From assembly GCA_015058405.1 (NCBI GenBank), contig SVCL01000191.1, positions 19,424-83,423 on the forward strand: 64,000 nt of DNA, written 5' to 3'. Made by a program: the position numbers and the translations under genes. Source of the stretch: Clostridium sp. GTDB taxonomy: Bacteria > Bacillota > Clostridia > Clostridiales > Clostridiaceae. Positions within the stretch are counted from its first letter, which is position 1. Every line of letters begins with the position of its first letter. Positions 51,148 through 59,475 of this stretch are shown here, one piece after another. The notes below the pieces were generated by a model. The model had not been told where the DNA came from. It saw only the letters and a program-made list of their open reading frames with translations, and searched no databases.

Positions 51148-54100
51148 ATGAGTGATATAAATAAACTTAATACTCAAGATACAGACAAGTTATTTTGGAA
51201 TAAACAGTTAAGTGCTAATTTAAGTGATAATCATTTTCCTTATGATTACAATTATGAGGGGAATAATGAAGAAAAAATATATGAATGGTGTGAGCTTAAT
51301 TTATCAGATGAAGCAAATAATGTTATAAAAAAAGTCGCAGGAAGTTCTGATGTAAAGTTACATATTTTATTTATATCAGCATTAAGTATTTTAATAAGTA
51401 GGTATTCTGAAAATAACGATATTATAATATCATCTCCAATTTATAAGCAAAATATAGAAGGAAATTTTGAAAACAAAGTATTAGTTTTTAGAAATGAAAT
51501 TGATTTAGAAGGAAGTTTTAAAAACTTCCTTCTTAAGGTTAAGGACAATTTGGTTGAAGCAACTAAACATCAAAATTTTCCTATATCAAAGTTTATTAAT
51601 ACAATAGAGTTTGAAAATTTTGAAAATGGAAATGATATATTTCAAGTAATGCTTGCTATTGATGCTATTCATGATATTAATTATGTTGATTGTATAAATA
51701 GTAACTTATATTTTTTAGTTGTAAATGATGAAAAAAATATAAAAATAAAAGTTAAATTCAATTCTAATTTATATAAGAAAGAAAGTATTAAGTTAATATT
51801 ATATTCTTTAGAAGAGTTAATAACTGAATTAATTAGTAAAAATAGTATTGAGAATTTTAATATTCTTTCTAATTATGAGAAAACAAAAATATTAAATGAA
51901 TTTAATAAGAAAACAGTTTGTGATGAAGAATATTTACTTCATGAATTATTTGAAAAGCAAGTTGAAAAAAATCCAGATGAAATAGCTTTGATAGATGGAA
52001 GTAGAAGTATAACTTATAAAGAATTAAATGATAAAGCAAATTCATTGGCTGGATTTATAAATGAAAAAGGAATGGGGAAAAATACAATTATAGGAGTTAT
52101 GCTTGATAATTCCATAGAACTTATAATTTCATTATTAGGAATATTAAAAGCAGGTGCGGCTTATTTACCAATAGATTCAGGTTATCCAGAAGATAGAATA
52201 AGTTTTATGATTGAGGATAGTAAGTTAAATTGTATTATAACAGAAAATAAATATGAGAACTTATTAAAAGATAGAAAAATAAATATTATTGATATTAATA
52301 ATGAAGAAATATATTTATATAAGGATAGAGTAATTAATATTGAAAAGAATCCAAGTACTTTAGCATATATAATATATACTTCTGGTACAACAGGAAAACC
52401 AAAAGGGGTAATGATTGAACATAAAGCAGTTACTAAATCTATATTATGGCGTAGCAATGAATATAAGTTAAGTGTTGAAGATGCAGTATTGCAGTTATTT
52501 TCATATTCATTCGATGGATTTGTAACAAGCTTTTTTACTCCAATAGTATCTGGTTCTAAGGTAGTTTTATTAAAAGGAAATGAAGTTAAAAATCCTTATA
52601 AAATTAATGAAGCTATAAAAAAATATAATGTGACTCATTTTATAGCTGTTCCACCATTATTTAAAGCTATATTAGATAATGCAAAATATGATGATCTTTT
52701 GTCATTAAAAATTGTAACTTTGGCTGGTGATAATATAACTAATGATGTAATAAAGAAAGCTAAACAATTAAATGAAAATTTAGAAATTGTAAATGAATAT
52801 GGTCCTACAGAAAATAGTGTAGTCACAACTATATACAGAGATTTAAAAGTTAATGAGCCAATAAAAATAGGTAAACCTATAAGTAATACTCAAGTATATA
52901 TAATTAAAAATGATAAATTATGTAATGTGGGTATTAGTGGTGAGTTATGTATATCAGGAGAAAGATTAGCTAGAGGATATTTAAATAGAGAAGATTTGAC
53001 TTCTGAGAGATTTGTTCAAAATCCTTTTGATAAAGATTTAATTATGTACAAGACCGGAGATATAGGTAAGTGGGATATTGATGGAAATATAAGATTATTA
53101 GGAAGAAAAGATAATCAAGTTAAAATAAGAGGATTCAGAATAGAGCTTGGGGAAGTAGAAAATAGAATACTAGAATATAAAGGCATAGAAAGTGTAGTAG
53201 TTACAGCTAAATATGATCATCATAATAATAAATCTTTATGTGCATATTTTGTTTCTAAGGATAAAGTATCTACCTTAGATTTAAGACAATATCTTAATAA
53301 GGTATGTCCTTTATATATGGTGCCAGCTTATTTTATGCAAATAGATAGTATACCTATAACTGTTAATGGAAAGGTTGATAGAAAAAACTTACCGGATATA
53401 GAGTTTAAAAGAGATATAAATTCTAAGTTTGTTGAGCCTAGAAATGAAAACGAGAAGATTATTGCAAATGAATGGAGAAAAGTTTTAGAAATAGACCAAA
53501 TAGGTATATATGATAACTTCTTTAATTTAGGAGGAGATTCTCTTAAAGCTATTCAAGTTGCAAGTTTATTATCTGATAAGTTTGAAATCGAAATCAATGA
53601 TATTTATAAAAATCAAACTATAGCAGAACTAGCTGAAAAAATAAAATATTCTAATACATCTGTAAAGGATAGAATTAAACAAATAATAAATTCGGATTAT
53701 ACATTTAATGATGATAAAAATTTAAGTGAACAAGAATATATAAATGATGAATATAATAATAAATTGAATTTATGCAAAGAAGAAAGTTATACAGTGAAAA
53801 GTTATACTAACATAATGCTAACAGGTGTTACAGGATATGTAGGAGCATATTTAAGTAAGGAAATTTTAGAAACTTTAAATTCAAATATATATGTTTTAGT
53901 AAGAGGAGAAGATTTAAATATAGCTACTAAAAGATATATTGATAAGTTAACTTTCTATTTTGGTGAAGATTTTTATAATAAGTACAAAGATAGAATAAGT
54001 GTTATAAATGGAGATATAACAGAAGAATTTTTAGGTATAGAGAAATGTCATTATGATGAATTAGCAAATACAATAGATTGTGTTATTAACTCAGCTGCAT

Positions 54101-54915
54101 ATGTAAAGCATTTTGGTGAGTATAAAAATTTCTATGACATAAATATTAAAGGTGTAAATAACCTTATGAAATTTGCAAATAGTGGAGTTAAAAAGGATTT
54201 TAATCAAATATCAACTCTAAGTATAGCTTCAGGAACTATTCCTGAAAAAGACGAAATAGTGTTTACTGAGTTAGACTGCGATGTTGGTCAAGAAAATGAA
54301 AACTTCTATTCTATGAGTAAATTAGAAGGTGAGAAAAAAATATTAGAAGCTAGCAAGGAGTATTCAATAAATACTAAGATATTTAGATTAGGTAATATTG
54401 TTTGTAATTCAGAAAGTGGAAAATTCCAAGAAAATATTTCAGAAAATGCATTCTATAACTTTGTTAAGTCATTAATAAAATTGAAAACAATTGCAAATAT
54501 TGATTTAAAAGTTTTAGATTTTACATTTGTTGATCAAGCAGCTAAAGCAATACTAAAAATATTTGATAAAGAAAATTTAGAAATGAATATTTTCCATATT
54601 TCAAATAATAATAAAGTAAGTTTATCAGAATTAGGAAATATGTTGAAAGAAATATATAAGGATATTAATGTTTGTGATGCTAAGGAATTTCTTAATATAT
54701 TATATGATAATTTAGATAATGAAGAATTAGCACCTTATGTTAATAATATATTAAGATATTTTGGACTTTTAGATGATAAACATATAACTAAATTTATAAT
54801 ATTAAATAGCTATACTGATTTATTATTAAAGAAAAATAAATTTGAATGGAGTAAATTAAATATAGTTAAGTTAAAAAGTATGATTGATTATTGCGTTAAT
54901 AGTAAGTTTATTTAA
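51148..54915 (+). CDS. NRPS 5: half-C - A(Tyr) - PCP - R (terminal thioester reductase)
   Basis: A code DGTITAEVVK, one position from the fengycin-type Tyr code DGTITAEVAK. PCP GGDSL. R domain with TGVTGYVG, catalytic YSMSK and FRLGNI. Confidence 0.92.
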   Translation: MSDINKLNTQDTDKLFWNKQLSANLSDNHFPYDYNYEGNNEEKIYEWCELNLSDEANNVIKKVAGSSDVKLHILFISALSILISRYSENNDIIISSPIYKQNIEGNFENKVLVFRNEIDLEGSFKNFLLKVKDNLVEATKHQNFPISKFINTIEFENFENGNDIFQVMLAIDAIHDINYVDCINSNLYFLVVNDEKNIKIKVKFNSNLYKKESIKLILYSLEELITELISKNSIENFNILSNYEKTKILNEFNKKTVCDEEYLLHELFEKQVEKNPDEIALIDGSRSITYKELNDKANSLAGFINEKGMGKNTIIGVMLDNSIELIISLLGILKAGAAYLPIDSGYPEDRISFMIEDSKLNCIITENKYENLLKDRKINIIDINNEEIYLYKDRVINIEKNPSTLAYIIYTSGTTGKPKGVMIEHKAVTKSILWRSNEYKLSVEDAVLQLFSYSFDGFVTSFFTPIVSGSKVVLLKGNEVKNPYKINEAIKKYNVTHFIAVPPLFKAILDNAKYDDLLSLKIVTLAGDNITNDVIKKAKQLNENLEIVNEYGPTENSVVTTIYRDLKVNEPIKIGKPISNTQVYIIKNDKLCNVGISGELCISGERLARGYLNREDLTSERFVQNPFDKDLIMYKTGDIGKWDIDGNIRLLGRKDNQVKIRGFRIELGEVENRILEYKGIESVVVTAKYDHHNNKSLCAYFVSKDKVSTLDLRQYLNKVCPLYMVPAYFMQIDSIPITVNGKVDRKNLPDIEFKRDINSKFVEPRNENEKIIANEWRKVLEIDQIGIYDNFFNLGGDSLKAIQVASLLSDKFEIEINDIYKNQTIAELAEKIKYSNTSVKDRIKQIINSDYTFNDDKNLSEQEYINDEYNNKLNLCKEESYTVKSYTNIMLTGVTGYVGAYLSKEILETLNSNIYVLVRGEDLNIATKRYIDKLTFYFGEDFYNKYKDRISVINGDITEEFLGIEKCHYDELANTIDCVINSAAYVKHFGEYKNFYDINIKGVNNLMKFANSGVKKDFNQISTLSIASGTIPEKDEIVFTELDCDVGQENENFYSMSKLEGEKKILEASKEYSINTKIFRLGNIVCNSESGKFQENISENAFYNFVKSLIKLKTIANIDLKVLDFTFVDQAAKAILKIFDKENLEMNIFHISNNNKVSLSELGNMLKEIYKDINVCDAKEFLNILYDNLDNEELAPYVNNILRYFGLLDDKHITKFIILNSYTDLLLKKNKFEWSKLNIVKLKSMIDYCVNSKFI

Positions 54916-54927
54916 GGGGGGAGATTT

Positions 54928-56223
54928 TTGAATCAAGAAGCAGTACTAGAAACAAATATGTTAAAGTCAAGTTTCAAAAGAAATTATTTTTTATTAATGT
55001 TAGGGAGAACAATATCAGAAATAGGGACAAGCATTTTTAAGTTTGGGTTGAGTTTATATGTACTAGATGTAACTAAGTCAGCATTTGCATATTCTATGGT
55101 TCTATTCTTCTCTACAATGGCAGGAGTAATAACAAATGTGTTTGCAGCAAGTATTTCTGATAAATACAATAAGAAGAATATTATGATTATATCAGATATT
55201 CTTAGTGCTATAGTTATTTGCATTTTTTCAATCTTATGTGGCAGAATATTGAATAGTATGATAATATTAATAGTATATGTAATAATTATAAGTAGTATAC
55301 AGTCGTTATTTGAATTAACGATAAGCTCTGCTATTCCTAATTTATTCTGTGAAGATGATATAACTAAAGTAAATTCATCATTACAATCTATATTATCTTT
55401 ACTAGGTATATTTGGGGCAATAGTAGGGAGTTTTATATATAGTAGCTTCGGTATAACTACTATATTAATTATTGATGGAGTATCTTTTGGAATTACTGGA
55501 CTTATGGAAATGTTTTTAATCTATAAAGATGATAAAAGAGCAGTAGAGTTTCAAAAAGAGAAAAAATATATTAACAATATAAAAGAAATATTTATGTTTT
55601 TTAAGCAAAATAGTACGTTAATATTTTTAGTGATATTTGTAATGATAACAGGCCTAGTATTTGGATCTTTAGTGCTTTTAGTATTACCATATATAACTTA
55701 TAATGAATTAAATTTATCTTCGTTAGAGGTAAGTTTAATACAAGCAGGATGGTTTATAGGGACAATATTAGGCGCTATATTGGTATCTAAATATAATGCG
55801 TTATCAAATATAATGAAAAAGATTTTTTTATTTTTAGCAATTCAAAGTGTAAGTGTTATGTTTTGGGTGTTTCCTAATATATTGAATTCAAATAGTGTTA
55901 GTAATTGGGTTATAACAGGAGTGTATATGACATTATTAATTATACTTGGAATATTTAATAGTTATCAGATAATTCCGATAACAACATTTTTCCAAATATA
56001 TATTCCAACTGAAATAAGAGCTCGTTTTTTTGGAATATTCAATGCAAGTATTTTAATAGCGTCATCACTAGGTAATTGTATATATGGAATTCTACTTGAA
56101 AACTTCAATTGGTCAATAATAATTTTTATTTCAGGTATAATAACTATAGTTTATGCTTTATTTGGTAGAAAAGGTAAGAAGTTTGGCAAATATTCTGAAT
56201 TAATTGATAGTATAAATGTTTAA
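54928..56223 (+). CDS. MFS exporter (TTG start)
   Basis: About 12 hydrophobic helices; motif A-like ASISDKYNKKNIMIISD; second-half motif IPTEIRARFFG. Confidence 0.88.
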   Translation: MNQEAVLETNMLKSSFKRNYFLLMLGRTISEIGTSIFKFGLSLYVLDVTKSAFAYSMVLFFSTMAGVITNVFAASISDKYNKKNIMIISDILSAIVICIFSILCGRILNSMIILIVYVIIISSIQSLFELTISSAIPNLFCEDDITKVNSSLQSILSLLGIFGAIVGSFIYSSFGITTILIIDGVSFGITGLMEMFLIYKDDKRAVEFQKEKKYINNIKEIFMFFKQNSTLIFLVIFVMITGLVFGSLVLLVLPYITYNELNLSSLEVSLIQAGWFIGTILGAILVSKYNALSNIMKKIFLFLAIQSVSVMFWVFPNILNSNSVSNWVITGVYMTLLIILGIFNSYQIIPITTFFQIYIPTEIRARFFGIFNASILIASSLGNCIYGILLENFNWSIIIFISGIITIVYALFGRKGKKFGKYSELIDSINV

Positions 56224-56266
56224 AAAATTGTATTTACAACAACCAAGATTTAGGGGAGTGCAATTA

Positions 56267-57148
56267 ATGAAAGTCGAATTAAAGAATATAGGAAAACAAT
56301 ATACCAAAGATTTTTGGGGAGTAAAGAATATTAATTTAGAATTAGATGAAGGAGTTATAGGATTGCTAGGTTCAAATGGTGCAGGAAAATCTACATTAAT
56401 GAGAATACTAACAATGGTAACTAAGCCTACTTGTGGAGAAATTTTAGTAAATGGAAAAAATGTTCTTAAAAATCCTGAATCTTTAAGAAGTGTATTAGGA
56501 TATTTACCTCAAAATTTCGGAGTTTATCCTAACTTAAATGCATTAGAATTTTTAGAATATATAGCTTCTGTTAAAGGAATTAGAAATAAAGATGCAAAAA
56601 GAAGAATTGATGAATTACTTCAATTATTAAATTTACATGATGTATGCAAAAGACCAATAGGTGAATATTCAGGAGGTATGAAGCAACGTGTAGGTATAGC
56701 TCAAGCATTATTAAATGATCCTAAGTTATTAGTTGTAGATGAACCAACTGTAGGATTAGATCCAGAGGAAAGAGTTAGAATACGTAATCTTTTTTCAGAG
56801 ATTGCATCTGATAGAATAATTTTATATTCTACACATATAGTTTCAGATATTGAGGCTATTTCGAATAAAATAGCAATTATAAATAAAGGAAGATTGAACA
56901 TATACAATACAAATGAAAAAATTATAGATATGGTTTCAGATAAAGTATGGGAAGCAACAGTAAATGAAGATGAATTAAAGAAGTTAAAGGACAAGTTGTT
57001 AGTTAGTAATGTTGTAAGATATGGTAATGAATCAACATTAAGAATTGTATCTGAGACAGTTCCTACAATAAATGCAAAAAGAGTAAAACCTACCTTAGAA
57101 GATGCTTATTTATATTTTTCATCACATATAAGAAAGGAGAATGAATAA
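56267..57148 (+). CDS. ABC transporter ATP-binding protein (start probably 56267; ORF track gives 56216)
   Basis: Walker A GSNGAGKST, signature YSGGMKQR, Walker B VVDEP, H-loop STH; AGGGGAG RBS. Confidence 0.93.
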   Translation: MKVELKNIGKQYTKDFWGVKNINLELDEGVIGLLGSNGAGKSTLMRILTMVTKPTCGEILVNGKNVLKNPESLRSVLGYLPQNFGVYPNLNALEFLEYIASVKGIRNKDAKRRIDELLQLLNLHDVCKRPIGEYSGGMKQRVGIAQALLNDPKLLVVDEPTVGLDPEERVRIRNLFSEIASDRIILYSTHIVSDIEAISNKIAIINKGRLNIYNTNEKIIDMVSDKVWEATVNEDELKKLKDKLLVSNVVRYGNESTLRIVSETVPTINAKRVKPTLEDAYLYFSSHIRKENE

Positions 57149-58784
57149 TATGAACGCATTGGATAGAGTTTACAGAATTGCAAAGGCTGATTTTAAAGAG
57201 AGAGTACGAAGTTATAAGTTCTTAATAATTTTGGGATTTGCTATGTTTCTGTCTTTTACATTTATTGCTCCTACAAATGCAGAGTATATTACCAATTATG
57301 TAATGCAAGATAATGTTATTTATAGAGGTGTATATAATTCAGCATGGTTAGGAAGTATGATGGCGTTATCTATTACTGTATTTTTATCTTTATTTGGTTT
57401 TTATTTAATTAGAAGTAATGTAGAAAGAGATATTGATACAGGCATGAATCAAATTCTTGGTTCCTGTTCAGTGAAGAAGAGTATATATATTTTTGGAAAG
57501 TTTTTAAGTAATTTTTGTACTATATTAACAATTATATTAATTGCAGCTTTTTCTACTATAGTAATTCAATTTATTAGAGGTGAAGTATTGCAAATTAATT
57601 TAGTAGATATTTTTTCTCCAATAATTTTTATAGTGCTGCCAAGTATAGCAGTGGTTTCTGCAATAGCAATACTTTTTGAATCAATTTCATTTTTACGTGG
57701 TAGTTTAGGAAGCGTTGCTTACTTTTTGCTGTGGATGGCTATTTATATTATAACTATGGAAACAAATTTATCTAATCAAAATATTGCAGGAGCAAATATT
57801 TTTAAAAATGATTTATTTGGTATGACTACATTATTAAATTACATGCTTAATGGAATAAAAGAGGTATTCCCTAATATTACTGCTAATATGATTGAGCTAT
57901 TTGGCGATAAAGGAAGTTATGCTATACAAACTTTTAATTGGGGTGGAATAAAGTGGAGTGCATCTATTATTTTAGTAAGATTTATATGGGTGTTAGTAGC
58001 TTTATTAATTGTTGAAGTCTCTAGTGTATTATTTAGAGGGTTTGATGTTCTAAGAAAAAATAAAACTAATTTAAATGTATTAAGCTTATTTAAGAAGAGA
58101 ACACCAATTAATTATGAAATATATAAATATAAGGATAATGGAACTAAGTTAACTAAGTTGAAAAGTAGCTCTTTTCAATATAATTATATATCAAATATAA
58201 TTCAAGAAATTAAGTTATCATTAAAACTAGTAAATATTTGGTGCTTTTTAGCTATGATAATTATACTTATATTTGAATTTGTAGCACCTATAGATAGCGT
58301 TAAAGCATATTTAGCTCCAGTATCTACGATCTTACCAATTGGTATTTGGTCTATTTTAGGACTTAAAGAAGATAAATACAATTTAAGTCAAATCTTAAGT
58401 TCATGTTCTAAATATAAAACACGTCAATTTTTAGTTCAATGGATATCAGCAGTAGTGCTAACAGCTATTTTACAAGTAGGACTTTTAGTAAAGCTATTAC
58501 TAAGTGGAGGATTTTTAGGATTTATTTCATGTTTAGTAGGAATTATTTTTGTTCCTTCATTAGCATTTTTACTAGGTACTATAAGTGGGAATAGTAGATT
58601 ATTTGAAATAGTATATAGTATAATTTGGTATTTTGGATTAATTAACAATGTACCAGCACTAGATTTTATAGGAATTTTCACAGGTGGAAATATAATTATT
58701 ACATTATTCTATTTTATTATTTCGATAGCATGTGTTATTTGTGTATATTTGATTAAAGAAAATAAAGATTTTTCAAGTAGATAA
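57141..58784 (+). CDS. ABC-2-type permease with duplicated membrane domains
   Basis: 547 aa with many TM segments in two halves; overlaps the stop of the ATPase gene. Confidence 0.75.
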   Translation: MNNMNALDRVYRIAKADFKERVRSYKFLIILGFAMFLSFTFIAPTNAEYITNYVMQDNVIYRGVYNSAWLGSMMALSITVFLSLFGFYLIRSNVERDIDTGMNQILGSCSVKKSIYIFGKFLSNFCTILTIILIAAFSTIVIQFIRGEVLQINLVDIFSPIIFIVLPSIAVVSAIAILFESISFLRGSLGSVAYFLLWMAIYIITMETNLSNQNIAGANIFKNDLFGMTTLLNYMLNGIKEVFPNITANMIELFGDKGSYAIQTFNWGGIKWSASIILVRFIWVLVALLIVEVSSVLFRGFDVLRKNKTNLNVLSLFKKRTPINYEIYKYKDNGTKLTKLKSSSFQYNYISNIIQEIKLSLKLVNIWCFLAMIIILIFEFVAPIDSVKAYLAPVSTILPIGIWSILGLKEDKYNLSQILSSCSKYKTRQFLVQWISAVVLTAILQVGLLVKLLLSGGFLGFISCLVGIIFVPSLAFLLGTISGNSRLFEIVYSIIWYFGLINNVPALDFIGIFTGGNIIITLFYFIISIACVICVYLIKENKDFSSR

Positions 58785-58836
58785 TTTTTGATGGAAAAAA
58801 TATTAAATTTATATTAATGGTTTAAGAGGGATTGAG

Positions 58837-59334
58837 ATGCGTTGGTATGTATTGTTTGTTAATGTTGGAGAAGAAGTAAATGTAAAAAAATCAATAAAGA
58901 AGTTATTGTGTGAAGATTGTGAAGTTGTTGTACCTAGAAGAAAGATACGTGAAACTAAACAAAGAATCAAAAGGGAAGTAATTAAAAATTTATTTCCCGG
59001 ATATGTTTTTATTGAAGTAGATATGAATGCAGAGGTGTATTATAAGATAAAAAAAATACCTAATGTAATAAAAATCTTAAGTTATGATTCTAATTATACA
59101 GATGTATTAAGTAAGGAAATGGATCTTATATTTAACTTAATTACTGTAGGAGAAGTAATAGAATTATCTGATGCAATCTTTGTTGAAAATAGGTTACAGG
59201 TATTATCTGGACCTTTAAAAAATAAAGAGCAGTTCATAAAAAAGGTTGATAAGAGGAAAGAAAGAGCTACTGTATATTTTAATATACATGGTAAAACTCA
59301 AAAGGTGGATTTAGGGCTTAACATTATAAATTAG
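58837..59334 (+). CDS. loaP: LoaP-type NusG paralogue (processive antiterminator)
   Basis: NGN domain (WYVLFVNVGEE, LFPGYVFI) plus KOW domain with basic IKKVDKRKERA motif characteristic of LoaP; located at the end of a biosynthetic operon. Confidence 0.85.
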   Translation: MRWYVLFVNVGEEVNVKKSIKKLLCEDCEVVVPRRKIRETKQRIKREVIKNLFPGYVFIEVDMNAEVYYKIKKIPNVIKILSYDSNYTDVLSKEMDLIFNLITVGEVIELSDAIFVENRLQVLSGPLKNKEQFIKKVDKRKERATVYFNIHGKTQKVDLGLNIIN

Positions 59335-59475
59335 TTTTAAGAAAAATTTAAAATATTTAACAAGTTCGTTAAAAAAAGTTATAATATTTTAATTAGAGTC
59401 TTAAATAATAAGTTAAAAGTATTATTTAATTTTTTGTTATTATTTAATCATAGAATATATCTGGAGGTATTTGAT

